DNA of 64,000 bases from Eledone cirrhosa. Its lineage: Eukaryota. The notes beneath the pieces were generated by a model. That model was given only the letters and a program-made list of their open reading frames with translations, had not been told where the DNA came from and ran no database searches. Both the position numbers and the translations under genes were made by a program. Positions 1 through 14,671 of the stretch are shown here, piece after piece (positions within the stretch are counted from its first letter, which is position 1; each line of letters starts with the position of its first letter). The stretch spans positions 66,712,001 through 66,776,000 of the forward strand of contig OZ024745.1 of the NCBI GenBank assembly GCA_964016885.1, written 5' to 3'.

Positions 1-2683
1 AAATGCTTTGTGGTATTTGGTCATGGCTCTTTTACGTTGTGGGTTAAAATCATACTGAGGTTAAAATCACACTATTTTTCTTTCATCATTCCGATGTCAA
101 TAAAATACAAACCCTTCAATGACTGGCTCGATGATATCAGCCGTTACTGTCCAGCTTTTATAGCTATATTAGAAATGATTCTTACTCAATTTGATTGTTT
201 TGTGTTTAGATGTAAGGAAATTATATATAAAAGTGCCACACACACTAATGCACACGTAAGAACAGCTAACCCCACATGTACACGTAGATATACGTACATA
301 CATGCACATACACACACTTTTTTTTCTTTATACTGTCCTTTCTTTCTGTGTACTCTCCTTTCTAGGGTTGTTGTGACTTTCTTCAAGCCGGTTCTAATAG
401 AGCAAATGTATTATTAAAAGCCCTGCCAAACATGACCATTCTTTAATTTTGTATATTTATGACAACATTATCGAATGTGTCTTTCACTTAAGACAAGTTG
501 TAATTTGAGGAATATTTGGTTGTTAATCCTAGCAAAATGTGGAACCACGTAAGCTTTCTTCACTCAGTTCTTGTTTAATCTTTGGTCAACCCTAATCGAG
601 CAGATTCATTTTCAATATTAGTTTGAAAATTGGCATCCATGTTTGTCATTTTAGAGGTCGATAACGTATGTTTTAGAGGAGATTCAGGTGGTATACCTCG
701 CAGGTCGAGCTGCCTGTTTGCCTTTGTTCTTTCAGGTGTATTTGTGGGGTTTTTGTAACCAGAGATACGTGGATGTAATTCTGGGTGGCTTATACCGTCT
801 AATAACATTAGAAAGAAGTTTCTAAGTCTTCGGCTGCCCTTCTAGAAATTCCAAAATATATATGATGAGCATATTAGATTATATAGTCTCAGAGGAACGA
901 AAATCATGATGCGATGGTTACAACTAAAATACTTTTTATCATAGGTTGATTCAACTATCCCTTAACTGGAGATCAACAGCATCAAATTTAAATACATAAA
1001 ATGCGCTTATGATTATGGGAGTATTATACATATCGAAAGGAGAATTTTGCAGTGTCACTAGAGCATCAGCTAAAATAGTTTTAGTTATTTCTTGAGACTC
1101 ACTGATCTCGAAGTTCAAATCTCGTCGTTGTAAACATTGCCTTTCATCATTTCCTGATAGATAACCTACCTGTCCTGTATTGAGTTACATTCCTCCTCCC
1201 TCTTCTGCGGGTCTCTCTTTGAATTGTACCTATAATTCAAAGAGCCCAGTGTTGTCACATAGTGTTACAGATTGGACCTCAGAATTACATTAAGAACACA
1301 CATGTCTGAAATACTCATTTAAAGGTTACTTCCACTAACTAGCAGGAATTTAAGTGATCAAACAAAACGCTCATGTCAGAAGCCAACAAAGGATCCAGAT
1401 ATATGTATAGCTATTCAATGTGTTCATTGATTAGAAAAGGTAAATCAATGTGTCGCCCTTTTCATCATTCCATTCTACATGAACTGATCTTTATATATGA
1501 CTTGCAGTAACCTCTGAAATATGGTAAGAAATATAGGTACCAGTTAGAAACAGCAATCAGCAATCACTCAATATTTAATACGATACAGTCTTAAACAAAA
1601 TAAGTATGCAGTCGATGTACTAGTTGAAAATAAACCAGATATGCTTGCAATTTTACAGATACATAATTTAATCAAATATATAAGCAACAAAACAAGAATT
1701 TATAGTATAGAAAGGTATGGTAATATGTGGTTAGAGTATGTCTTCGACTAATATGGATTTACGTACGTAGTCAAGAAAACACACCTGGAAACAAAATAAT
1801 ATCTCTATTTATTGTCTACGGTAGGCTCTAAATCGAGTTATTTTCAGGAGAAAAGGTCAAAACAAATTGCAGCAAAAGTGGCTGATCAGTGATATTTCAG
1901 AATCAGAGACGTAATATGAATTTTAACCAGCTGACATAAACGTGTGAGTTCAGTATTTCACAACACGATGAAATATCGCTTCATTGGTTAAAAATAATGA
2001 TGCATTCTTCAACCTGTAGGATTAGATGTCTTTCTCCTAGTTTTGACATCGATGGAAATCCGTTACAAAATATGTCGAAATATGGTACACAGTGTATATA
2101 TACATATATCGTTTTCATCATAGAATCCGTTTACTAACAACCATTATGGAGTTTTACGACCTGGAATATGTATGCATTAAAGGAATGGAAATGAACTTAA
2201 TATATGAAGCACATTCTACTACAATAAAAAAAAATTCCCGAATCGAAAAACTAATAGCGATGTGAATTGAAAAGTTTTCGTGGATATTTAATCCTGAAAA
2301 ATGAATGCGACGGCAAAATTAACATTTGCATGTGTTTGCATTACGAGTGAAAATCCTAAATACAAAACACAATTTCAACAAATACAAAAAAACCTACAAA
2401 AGCCTCTCAAGTTTTTAGTACTTTTCATATCATTGCAGAAGTCTCTTCGAATGTTTTCTACCATATTCCATCAACTAGCACATTGAAGACATATTACTGC
2501 CTCGAAGGAAATCATCATTAACCACACCTTCCAAAACATGGTGTAGAATGGTGTAGAATGATTTACAAGAGCATTAAATCAACAATAGTGCTTTATTCGT
2601 GAGTGTTGCCCTGATATTCAATCATTTCCAGTCGGAACTTTCAACATATATCATAATTCGTTCTACTATATCTATACTATTAA

Positions 2684-2863
2684 TGGATTGGCAGTATTGG
2701 TAGAGGGTCGGACGCCATGCTTTCCAGCATAGTTACGTCCATTTACGATCTGAGTTCAAATCCCGCCGAGGTTGACTTTGCCTTTCATCCTTACGTGGTC
2801 GATAAAATAAAGTACCAGTAATGCACTGGGTAATTGCTGGCCTTGTGCCTAACGTAGAAACAA
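2684..2863 (+). mobile_element. tRNA-type SINE, family 1 (octopus-like SINE)
   Basis: A-box-like TGGCAGTATTGG, B-box GAGTTCAAATCC, then 'gactttgcctttcatcc..ggtcgataaaataaagtaccagt..ggccttgtgcc..tagaaacaa'. Near-identical copies at 44266, 53865, 59045 and 62659. Confidence 0.85.
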
Positions 2864-3682
2864 CTATTAATAATCATATCTAATTGAGAGTTGCAGAATT
2901 TTGTTTCGCATCTCGGCGTCGAAACGGAAAGAAAAATACACCATTATCGTTTAGACATTTGTTGATGATTTTGCTAAGCCTTATCAGGGTTAAAACATAA
3001 ATGTCATCACCATTAGATTCGAATTAACTTACACTTAATTCATTCAATTGCTTCATGTAATAAGCGTGCATAATTCCGTTTCATTCACTTTCATCAGCCT
3101 GGCTCCTGTAGTTGAAACTCGGTACAATAGGGATGAAGACATTTATTTATTTGTTGGATGATGAATGCAGTTACGTTTGGTCAAACAACTAATCACTCGG
3201 AAGCTTTTCATCAATTGAAAGAAAATTTGACAAATCGTATCAGGCACTTCTAAAACATTCCAAGAAAAACATATCTTTAAAAAACATGACAGGAATGAGT
3301 TTATGAACCGTTATTCAATCCATCTGCATGGAATATATAATAAATATTTCTCTCGTTATACAAAAGAACATTCCACGCAGTATTTCCTAAAACATTCAAA
3401 CAATTGTGTGAGACTATGTAAATGGAGGCATTACCATCAAGGTATTGCCTATAATCCTTCAAATAATATTTCATCTACATAGACATTTCAATTCGCATAA
3501 TTATATATAAATACGTATAATTACATTTTAAAAACATCAGACACCTTGAAAACACATTGAGAATATATTTCATCTGATATAATGGAAAATTGCAAATAGA
3601 TAAAAGAACTAATTGACTTTAAGCTTCGATATATTTCTAAAAAGAAATCTCTCGACAGATATGTATAATGAATACGCATTGG

Positions 3683-3876
<194 letters not shown>

Positions 3877-3879
3877 GAT

Positions 3880-4153
3880 AGTGCATAGAGCGTCGAGCTT
3901 ATAATCGTGAATTTCTGAGTTCGATTCCCCGACCGGGCTGTGTGTTGTATTTTTAAGCAAGACACTTTATTTCATGTTGCTCCAGTTTACGCAACTGTAG
4001 AAATGGATTGCGACGTCACTGGTGCCAAGCTGTGTTCCTTGGATAACATCGGTGCCGTGGAGATGGGAGACTGGAGGTCTTTCACAAACAACCTGCCTCG
4101 GAGTGCGACTTTCTAGGTGCAAATCCTATGGTCACTCGAGAACTAAGGGGGTC

Positions 4154-4157
<4 letters not shown>
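3880..4157 (+). mobile_element. tRNA-type SINE, family 2 (central domain resembles the MetaSINE type)
   Basis: B-box GAGTTCGATTCC followed by 'gcaagacactttatttcatgttgctccagt..gctgtagaaatg'. Homologous copies at 47520 (+) and 38095 (-). Confidence 0.75.
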
Positions 4158-4185
<28 letters not shown>

Positions 4186-4379
4186 GCAACAGGTAGCAAA
4201 AATGGAATTAAATCCTTATATTCGTGTCTTGTGTTTCAGCGAAAATATACAAAGGAAAGTAAAACAGAAAACAAGAATCCTTACTCAAGCTCTATTGAGA
4301 ATATATAGCATCAATATTGCTATATTTTGGTAGGGCCATTTTGTCCTAATATAGCCAAAAAATAGTAAAACACACTTAG

Positions 4380-5000
4380 CTTCACTATATTTATATATTC
4401 TTATCAATGCTTTTTTATCAATAATAAATATAAATATAATTTATCAAAGTGTTTCGTCACACATTTGTTTCATCTTCAGTGATTATCGCTGTGTTTCTAT
4501 AACGTGTTTTGTTTGTATGGTTGTGTCTATGTGCGCATGCGATTGTGTTCGTGTATTCTGTTCGGTGTGTGTTTGTATGTTCGTGTCTGAGTCTGCGTGT
4601 GCTTATGTGATTAGATTCTGCCTTTAGTCACTAGTGTGTGTTCACGTGTGGGTGTTGTTTTGCATCTGTGTTTATTTATATTACGTCATTGATCACTAGT
4701 GTGTTTTTGTGTATGATTGTTGCTATTCCACTCATGTTTCTCTCCAGCCTAGGCTTTCTTAATTCTATTTCTGTAACCTCCCTAATTTGTCTACGTATCG
4801 AGTCATTAACATGTTTAGATATTATTTTAACTTCTATGTTGTCTATTTTACCATCATGCTTTCGTCTAGCATGTTCATATAGTACTGAATTATCTTGTTG
4901 TCCTTTTAGTTCACTCCAGTGTTTGTCTATCCTCTCTCCTATGGTCTGGATTGTCATTCTTATGAACCTCATTGTCACCTACACTATAGACCACGTTTCT
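4380..5000 (-). mobile_element. 3' fragment of a Penelope-like element (GIY-YIG C-terminus plus 3' UTR with decayed hammerhead)
   Basis: ORF 4676..4978 reads 'IGERIDKH..SVLYEHAR..H..IKIISKH...RQIREVTEI...PRLER', homologous to ORF 30559..30807. Minus-strand CTGAAGA..TGAC GAAA at 4441-4486. Confidence 0.7.
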
Positions 5001-5866
5001 AGTTTTACAATTTATTTGAAAAGTGTGTTTTATATAATTTTATATATTATAATCTGAACAGTGACTCAAAGTTTAATCATTATTTTTATTCATTTTTGCT
5101 TCATCGGAGACAATTGAAAATGATCATCATTCTAGGAAACAGAATATGATAATCCTCCACCATTATAATTGTGGGCATCTGGAACTTGTGTTTATGAGAA
5201 TAAATCCAATACCCATAACGTTTTCTAACGTAGTATAGAAGTCATAATCATTACAGGGTAAACAAAATATACACTCTTTTGTCTCATTTCTTCCTTCACC
5301 CCCCCCCCCCCCGTGCTATCAGCATACCATTTACCCCCCCCCCCAGCCTACTCCTAATTCTCAGGTCCCACATCGTTTCTCTGAGCAGCTGGCTTCGTGT
5401 TGCCTTCGCCAATACTTCTCTCCTTAATCTATCATTCTTTTTTTCCGTGTCTATTTGCAAGGATCTATAAATTGTCAACTTTGCTTTAATTTCAAAACAC
5501 TATCATTATGTTGTTGAAATTTCAGCAGGAACAAAGTATTTCTTGTTAGTGCATTATACCATACTATCGACGTTAGTATATTTATTTCTTGTATGGTCTA
5601 GTGGTTAATAGCTAGGGCTTTATAAGTAAATGATGCAGCTATAGGTCTGTCAGTGCCTTATGCACAGAAAGAGGATTGTTACGAATATCGTGTTTTGTGT
5701 GTGTTATTTGAACAACGAAAATATAGGTACTCAATTAGTTCATTGATTACAATTGTTTCAGATTGATCATAATAGATCAATATATTGAATAATAGATAGT
5801 GGTTATGTCACCACTTATTTCTAGTTTCGATACCCTAGATACAACTCACCGTCTCACACAGAAATA

Positions 5867-5923
<57 letters not shown>

Positions 5924-6716
5924 GTAATCTGAGTTTTCCGAATATAAATCATATATTCGATTTGTTTGCAATTATGCAAACAGCCTTTTTTTTTTAAAGG
6001 TATGTCAGTAGAATAAGTCCCTCATTCTTGATGTTGGTTTTATTTATAAATATATACATATATATATATATTCCTTCAAGAAGTCCTGGATCCTACACTC
6101 GGATATGTCTCCATAAACAATAAATCTCTACTTGAGTGGGCCATGGTGTTCAAATCCTGATTTGAAAGACTTCACCAGGTGGTGATGTTAAGTTAGACAT
6201 GGCCTGGGCCAACACTGGCCGAAACCTATCAAAGTTATCGAAGTCATATATATAGATACATGATGATGGCTGCCCCTTCCTTATCGAGTATGGCCATTGC
6301 ACGATATACCATTATTACTAATAATTAATTAATTCTATCGTGCAATGCCTGTGCGTGAAGATATTTTTTAAAGTGACGAAAGACTCTCTGAGCGACAGTA
6401 GCTATAACGCGAAAAGAAGAAAAGATCAACATCATGGGTAACTACTGAGACGCAGGTTTTATATCGGAGTTATCCCAGTTTCCTGAGTTGCCTTCTTCTA
6501 GAAGAATGCCCCGAGAAAGGCTAGGGGTCCTTCACTCCCAGTAGTTTAACCGCGCTATCGCGTGTCCAACCAGACTATTTCTATGTCCCCCCGCATATAC
6601 ATACACATGCACGCATACATATACACATATATACACACGCATGTACATGTGTATATACATATATTTAGATACATACATACAGACATATATACATATATAT
6701 ACTTCCATATATATGT

Positions 6717-6792
<76 letters not shown>

Positions 6793-6795
6793 ATG

Positions 6796-6883
<88 letters not shown>

Positions 6884-7108
6884 CACATATATATTATAAC
6901 TATGTGCTGTAGATACTTCACGGGACACGTAACGTACCGTGTCATATGAATTCGAACGTGATCTGAATATCCCTCAATTATTATTTGTAGTTACATCTTT
7001 AATACAATTTAATGCTATTTCATACTATATTATTTTCAACACCTATACACACGTGTTTAAACAAATATTATACGTTGAAAAATAGTGTAATCAATCCAAA
7101 ACCATATA

Positions 7109-7166
<58 letters not shown>

Positions 7167-7194
7167 TATATTTTTTTTTTTCTCCACATTTTAT

Positions 7195-7278
<84 letters not shown>

Positions 7279-7289
7279 TATATATATAA

Positions 7290-7461
7290 ATATATATCAA
7301 ATATATAAGAACCGTAGAGCAAATATTTATTAAAATAACAGATTAAAGTTTGAGCAAAGAATCGCTGCTTTCACTCTTAATGGGATCTTCTCAAACTCCC
7401 GTTTCAGAAGATCCCTTTAAGGGCTAAAGCAGCGATTCTTTGCTTAAACTTTAATCTGTTA

Positions 7462-7470
<9 letters not shown>
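7290..7470. repeat. Fold-back mini-element derived from the terminal repeat of the 11.6-kb PLE family, inserted in (TA)n
   Basis: Inverted arms of about 70 bp centred near 7398. Same sequence as 14752-14820 and 31250-31302. Confidence 0.8.
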
Positions 7471-7514
<44 letters not shown>

Positions 7515-7523
<9 letters not shown>

Positions 7524-8223
7524 AAAACAGAAACGCAATTTCATTTCTCACTCTTAGTACGGCTGATACTTAAATATAAGTATGTATACGTACATACATA
7601 TATGTATACAGACGTACAATAGTATGTATATATATACATACATGCACACATATATATATGTACGTGTGGATTTACCGAACATTTATTATAATGCTCGGTT
7701 TGTTTGTAAACAAACATCCCGAATTAAGCCGTACAGTGTTTAGCAACCATCGTTGGCCTTTTGTTCTGTATACATATATGTCTGTATACATATATGTATG
7801 TATGTGTACATACTTATATTTAAGTAACAGGCGTACTAAGAGAGAGAAATGAAATTTCGTTTCATTTTTTCTATTTATCGTTTTCGGTGCGCCCTGCCGA
7901 TTAACTCACTCGATATGCAAATTAGGCTGCTCAGCCATTAATATGCATAAGGAAACTATATACGTTCAGAGGTTCAATCATCTGGCAGGAAGGTATACGG
8001 TGCTGACGGTAGCTAATAAGCTTGAAACTAGTACATCGTTCCTTTGTCAGTGTTGAACAAAAGACCAACGATGGTTGCTAAACACTGTACGGCTTAATTC
8101 GGGATGTTTGTTTACAAACAAACTGAGAATTATAATAAATGTTCGGTAAATCCATACGTACATATATATATGTGTGCATGTATGTATATATATACATACA
8201 ATATATGTATGTACGTATACATA

Positions 8224-8230
<7 letters not shown>
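7515..8230. mobile_element. Family A non-coding fold-back element in (TA)n
   Basis: Inverted arrangement with junction near 7770. Homologous to 27030-28150 and 40430-40860. Confidence 0.85.
7997..8039 (+). ncRNA. Minimal type-I hammerhead ribozyme, family A (A9G variant, probably impaired)
   Basis: acggtg CTGACGG t agct aata agct t GAAA ctag TA catcgt. Confidence 0.7.
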
Positions 8231-8264
<34 letters not shown>

Positions 8265-8303
8265 ATATTAAATAAATGGAAACTATATTTATAAAACCAT
8301 ATT

Positions 8304-8366
8304 TATTCTATTATATATATTTCAAGGGTACCAAAACACTTTGGTACGCTTTCATCAGATAAAATA
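8304..8366 (-). ncRNA. Minimal type-I hammerhead ribozyme, family B
   Basis: Reverse complement: tattttat CTGATGA aag c gtaccaaa gtgt tttggtac c ctt GAAA tatata TA atagaata. Intact core, stems I and II pair, palindromic loop 3. Confidence 0.85.
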
Positions 8367-8508
8367 CAAAGAGTGTTTTATAAATGTTGACATAACCAAG
8401 GAAATCATACCTTATCAGTTGAATTTTCTTGGGTAGGAAAATACCTAAGAAAATTCAACTAAGGTATGATTTCCTTTGGCAATGTCAAAATATATAAAAC
8501 AATTTTTG

Positions 8509-8571
8509 TATTTTATCTGATGAAAGCGTACCAAATGTTTTTGGTACCCTTAAAATATATATAATAGAATA
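8509..8571 (+). ncRNA. Hammerhead family B, mirror copy with GAAA changed to AAAA (likely dead)
   Basis: tattttat CTGATGA aagcgtaccaaa tgtt tttggtaccctt AAAA tatata TA atagaata. Confidence 0.65.
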
Positions 8572-9282
8572 AATATGGCTTTATAAATATAGTTTTCATT
8601 TATTTAATATCATTGAATATTTACTCCAGAAACTGTCGAGTGCCCTGAATCAGGTATAAACATTTATATTTGTTGTATTTCCAACAAATTAAATATCCCT
8701 TCTCCTTATATATATATATACATATATATATATATCATAAAACATGTCTATAGAATCACAAGATAAAATATATACCATTTCCTCTCCCAATTAGCATTAT
8801 TAACTATATAAAAAACGATTAGACCAGGCTATAAGAATGAGGCTTCTATGAAGAAATCTCCAACAAATAACCGAAACTAGCCCTTCGCGTCGGCCGCAAC
8901 GGAATATTTATCGAATATGTCGACAGCGTAATCGCCCAGATACAGTCAACTAAACAGAATTAGGTGTAAAATAAACTAGGAGAAAATAGAATACATTTAA
9001 ATACCTCTACCATGGTTTCATCCGCATTTTGAGATTTCCAATAATTATGTAATAATTATATAACTCGAGCATCGGATTCATCAGGAGATTTGCTCTGATC
9101 TAGACACGAAATTTTCCAAAGTGATCGCGCCAAGAATTCATTCAAAATGGCTAAGAATCGTGACGTAGTCGCAGTCAGGTTGGAAGGGGTGTGGTAGTTG
9201 CTTACGACTGGTGGCTTTTTTGCTAGAAAGCACAGCACAATACAGCCAAATTTGTATCTCAACCTAATGGGAGATTATTACA

Positions 9283-9452
9283 TATAAAAGTTTACATATA
9301 TATATACATATACATATACGTGTTTTGCAACGGGTCACATCATGTTTTATGATGTATAGCTCTGATTATTTAATTTATTAAATTTTCATTGAGCCACAAA
9401 GTGATCCGTTGCAAAACACGTACATATATATGTATGTATATATATATGTAAA

Positions 9453-9460
<8 letters not shown>
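9283..9460. repeat. Inverted repeat (about 55-bp arms, about 63-bp spacer)
   Basis: 'aaaagtttacatat..cgtgttttgcaacgggtcac' versus 'gtgatccgttgcaaaacacg..atatgtaaactttt'. Confidence 0.85.
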
Positions 9461-9503
<43 letters not shown>

Positions 9504-9588
9504 CGAAGGAAATGTGGTAAGGAACCAGGTGGACCATAACGCACCAAAGTACTCAATACTTGAGGTAGTAGAGTGGGTAATACTGGTT

Positions 9589-9660
<72 letters not shown>

Positions 9661-9765
9661 TGCATGCATGTATGTATGTTTTATATATATATATACATGT
9701 ATATATGTATGTATAAATATATACACGTATGTGTGAGTATGTATATGTATATATATAAATATATG

Positions 9766-9796
<31 letters not shown>

Positions 9797-9868
9797 GCGT
9801 GTATATGTATGTATATATATATATATATGTATGTATATGTATATAATGTATCTATGTATATATATATA

Positions 9869-9948
<80 letters not shown>

Positions 9949-10329
9949 AATGTATATATTTGAATGTATAAATATTACTGACTGAATACTCAGGTTTTCT
10001 TTTCTAAAAGAAATGTTTTACTACTTCTTCCTCTTCTCAATGTCCCCCCTCTCTCTCTCTCTCTCTCTCTCCCTCTCTCTCCTTCTCTCTCTCTCTCTCC
10101 CTCTCTCTCTCTTTCTCTTTCTATTTCATCTTTATTCCTCATTCTCCCTTATTATGAAGGACTAGTGTCCGAAACATTAAAACTCTTTTCCTTCTATTCT
10201 AAGAGTTAGACGAATATATTGCTACAATGTACTGTGTCGTTTGCTTTGTTGTCTCTTTAATTTTTGCATATACCCATCAAAGACATACAAATGTGTGTGT
10301 GGATGCTTATATATATATATATATATATA

Positions 10330-11037
10330 TGAATATGAAAACATGGCGTGCTGCGTGGTTGCAAATGGGTTACATATAAATAAATTTAGTCCTTCATCAG
10401 AGATCTTCCAACCTTCATTGGTATTTCATCGCTTTAAAGACCATATACCTCTGGTTGGTGCGAGCAACGGCTAAAGAAAGTCGTTGGGATACGTAAATAG
10501 GGGGAACGAGCGAGTCAGTAAACAAACAAAGATGGTAATGCAACGAAAAGTGAGGAAAAAGGAGTCAAGTCCCTGAAATCGATGAACATAAGTTCTGTGA
10601 AATCGTGGACGAGAGAGAATAAAGACCATCAAACCTGGTCGAAATGTGAGTGAGGAAAGAATCTCGCACAGGTCAAACGGGAGGAAGAAGGAGTCAAGTC
10701 CCTGAAATCGATGAACATAAGTTCCGTGAAATCGTAGACGAGAGAGAATTAAGACCATCCGACCTGGTCGAAGTGTGAGTGAGGAAAGAATCTCGCACAG
10801 GTCAAACGGGAGGAAGTAGGAGAGGGAGTAGCAGAGAGTGAGTGAGTGAAAGTGTGAGGAAGAGGCTGGCAGAGAGAGTGACTGGTAGAGGGGGTAAAAG
10901 GAAGTGAGAGATACAGAGAAAAGGGGAAGCAGTAACAAAGAAACAGACGGGTCACAGCGGAGTCAAATATATACGAATATGAAAACATGGCGTGCTGCGT
11001 GGTGGCAAATGGGTTACATATGAATAAATTTAGTCCT
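10330..11037. mobile_element. Unclassified element with about 60-bp terminal direct repeats and an internal 129-bp tandem duplication
   Basis: 'gaatatgaaaacatggcgtgctgcgtgg..aaatttagtcct' occurs at about 10331 and 10976. Segment 10552-10680 is repeated at 10681-10809. Confidence 0.65.
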
Positions 11038-11417
11038 AAAAGCTGACCTCACACAATTGATGGAAGCTATGGAGTAGGAAGACCTAGTTTGAATATATAT
11101 ATATCTTCTGAGGCACAGATATTGAGCTGATATCCAATATATTTATGTGTGTGTGTGTGTGTCTAGGTGTTTAACTAATACCATACCTATACATAGTATT
11201 TAACGTGGCATTAAATATTATGAATAGAGAACCTTTATATATTAATAGACCAATAGTCAAACTGCTTATTTTCGATAGCTGTAGTATTTTCATCCGGCAA
11301 TAATACCTCACTTATTCCCCTTCGACACCGACGGCTGTTTCACAAGCAAAAAATGATATGCTCGTTAAATTATTCTTTCGCAGTACCGTGTAAAATATAT
11401 ATATACGTGTGAGTGTA

Positions 11418-11515
<98 letters not shown>

Positions 11516-11709
11516 TGTGTGTGCGTGTGTATATATATATATATAGTGTGTGGATATATATATATATATATATATATTTGATATATATATTTGATATATA
11601 TTTGATATATATTTATCCTTATCGAGCCCTCTTTGGATTTTAGTCTTCAAATTTATTATTATTACTATTTGGCTCGCTCGGTTGATCACTCTATTGACTT
11701 ATATTCATC

Positions 11710-13831
11710 ATGCAGAAACAACATCTGAATATTTCTACAAAGAACATACCCGTACCATGCAGTAAAACATACCTAAAACTCCTGATACAGAAAACAAACG
11801 CGTTCATTAAAAGGTTGCGTTGGCGTGCCTTTTATTTCGATAATCAGAGAAAAGCAGACAACAAACAGGATAAATTTGGGTTTAAAACCTATAATAACCC
11901 TCGGTGTAACCCAGCATTGCTACCCTTCGAAAATGATGTCTTGGAACTCATACGGAATATCAAATTTTGGAATAGGAGCAATTCCCTCCAGCAGGACCTG
12001 AAGAATAGAATTCGTTCTATTAAGGATTCTAATGCCGTGCACGTCCATTCCGACAAAACTGGCAACCTATATCAAGTAGGAGCGCAGTACTTACCATCAA
12101 CTACTACATAATGCTGTAACTAAGGATTACCGTAAAACTAATCGGTGCGTCATTAATGAAATCAATGATGCTTGGTTTAAAATCACCTCTGATCTCAACA
12201 TCCTGGACCGGACAGAACCTCTGGACCCTATTTCTCCCCACTTTACCCTGAAGGATCACAAATCCAATTTTCCGCACAACCCCTCTATTCGGCTTATTAA
12301 CCCTACGAAGTCCGATTTAGGTAGACTTAGTAAAAGGATTCTTGATATAATTATACCTGAAATTAGAAGTTTGGCCCCTCTTGCACTGTGGAACAATTCT
12401 TTCGCGGTGATTGATTGGTTCAACGGCATATGCAACAATTGCCATGTTATCCAAATCGACATCAATAATTACTACTCCTCCATCAGTTTACCACTTCTCC
12501 CTAGAGCTATCAATTTCGCTAAAACACTCACACTGGTTAAGGATTTCGAAGTTGATGTCATCCTCAATGCCCGTAAGTCGGTGATTAATTTCGACGACTG
12601 CATTTGGATTAAAAAATCTAATAGTACCCCATTCGACGTGAGTATGGGCGCCAGCGATTCTGCGGAGGTTACTGATCTTATTGGACTTTTTCTTTTTTTC
12701 TCTATCAAGGACGAATTCCCCAACGCGGGGGGTGGTTTGTACCGTGATGATGGTCTTTTGACCATGACTAAGTGCGGCCCACATGCTTGCGACAGGTTCA
12801 GAAAAGAACTCACAGCCTTCTTTAAAGGCTTCAACCTCTCTATACAGGTTGAGGCCAACCTCTCGGTCGTTAATACCTCGACGTTACCCTCAATTTATCG
12901 AATGGCTTGTATTACCTGTATAGAAAGTCGAATGATACGCTTAATTACATAAGTAAGCATTCTAACCATCCTGCCAGCATAACCAAGAACCTGGTAAGGA
13001 ACGTTTCTTTTAGGATTTCCCGTCTATCTACTAACGAGCATATTTTCAACGACCATTCCACATATTACAATCAAGCTCTTGCTCTGAGTGGATTTGTCGA
13101 TAAGGTAGCATATACAGAGTACGAGAATAAACCTAGAAGAAATAGATCCCGACGCATTATATGGTATAACCCACCATATAATATGGAGGTGGCCACACCA
13201 TTAGCTAAGATCTTTCTATCCCTTATTAGGAAACATTTCCCCCTACACATAAATATAGTAACATTTTTTATAGAAATACTATTAAAATTTCTTACTCTAC
13301 GACTCCTAGCCTTGCACATAACATCACAGCTTCAAATTTAGCTAAGCTACCTAGCCGTAGGAACACGTGCAACCCTGTAGTTAGTACAAACTGTAATTGT
13401 AGGAATCGGGTTGATTGTCCCCTATTCGGGAAATGCCTCTCTAGTAACATTGTCTACAAATGTAAGGTTGAAGCACCACGTCCCGTAGGGCCTACATAGG
13501 GTTAACCGCCAATAGATTCAAGCAGCGTCTTTACATGCATACCCATTCTTTTCGTTACTCTCTAAGAAGGAATATGACGTCACTTTCAGGTTATATCTGG
13601 AGTCTAAAAGACAACCACACCCAATATAAGTTACAATGGGAGATCCTAGCTATGGCTAGATCGTATAACGGAAATAAAAGACCATGTGACATCTGCGCCG
13701 CTGAGGCTCTGGAAATACTCTACGCCACAGACCACATCTTAAACAAAAAATCTGAGGCAATTTCGGCTTGTAAACATAAATTGCACATAACTTTCCTGTA
13801 TTACAGCCCCACGTTATACCCTAACGGATAG
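11710..13831 (+). pseudogene. PLE reverse transcriptase-GIY-YIG endonuclease polyprotein with stops and frameshifts
   Basis: Motifs in order: 'KNIPVP..FIKRLRWRA', 'DKTGN', 'RLINP.KSDLG', 'DINNYYSSI', 'FDVSMG..DSAEV.DLIG', 'LYRDDGL', 'SNHP', 'IIWYNPPY'. Hand translation of 13389-13540 gives 'NCNCRNRVDCPLFGKCLSSNIVYKC../YIGLTANRFKQR', then 'LSGYIWSLK..CDIC..E..LNKKSE..CKH'. Confidence 0.95.
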
Positions 13832-14399
13832 TATGATCTATACGCGGATATTTTACGTCTTGATGTGGTAGCTAAGTATATGTTTTGTTTATACCATTAC
13901 TTATTTGTATAGGTAAGTATCTATTACCTGTTGTTTTGTGAAGGTACGTATACTTTCTCGTATGTATATTTGATTGTATATGTATATGTATATTTTATAT
14001 ATTCTGGTACAAATGCTTTTGGTTATGTGTATACGCGAGTTTTGCGTCTGTGTGAGTATACGGGTTCGTACGTATGTAGGGTGTGTGTATATGTGTACTT
14101 CGTGTTTTGGTTGACGTAGTCTCCGAACATATGTGTATTCACATGTAGGTATGTGTGTGCGCTTGTTATATACGTATTTATTTATTTATATACGTTTATT
14201 TAATTATTTGTATACACGCACACACACACATTTATATGTGCGTGTATTTGTATACCTTTGGCGAGTGTCTTCGCGTATGCTTGTGTATGTACGTATATGG
14301 ATGCGTGTGTGTATTTATTTAATTTCAATTACCTCTGTATTTTATTTACTTTATTCTTAACTCTGAAGCCGAGAATCATTCGGTTTCCTAGTTAGAATT

Positions 14400-14671
14400 T
14401 TAGTCTACGACTTCAGTTATACCATTTACGTGGTTTTGTCTTTGCGTGCAATTATTCTCCACGCTCCACATATGACGTATTATCTTCGTTTTTTCTGTCC
14501 ATTGCCAGAGAACGTCTCTATGAACCACCTAAGAGAATATTAGTCTACGACTTCTTTCATACCATAAAAGTGGTTTTGTCTTTGCGTGTAATTGTTTTTT
14601 CACCGCTGCAAATAATGACGTTTTATATTCGTTTTTTCCCGTCCTTTGCCAGGGAACGTTTCCACGAACCA
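14400..14671 (+). repeat. Diverged tandem duplication of about 140 bp in the PLE 3' UTR
   Basis: 'ttagtctacgacttc..gtggttttgtctttgcgtg..gaacc' at 14400 and 14540. Confidence 0.8.

Larger units (their letters stand above)
8260..8615. repeat. Family B fold-back palindrome of about 355 bp
   Basis: Arms are reverse complements with centre near 8435. Homologous to 55690-55925. Confidence 0.9.

Noticed and set aside
2684-2770. tRNA-like A/B boxes
   Set aside because: SINE heads; no cloverleaf or acceptor stem, so not tRNA genes.
10155-10182. 'atgaa ggac tagt gtcc GAAA catt' HHR-like hairpin
   Set aside because: CUGA missing and no stem I; at best a decayed relic.
10552-10809. Repeats considered as CRISPR-like arrays (also 31758-31815)
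   Set aside because: Plain tandem duplications without unique spacers; eukaryotic context and no cas genes.
11710-13831. Programmed frameshifting or selenocysteine recoding in the PLE ORF
   Set aside because: Multiple scattered frameshifts and a TAA stop are better explained by decay.
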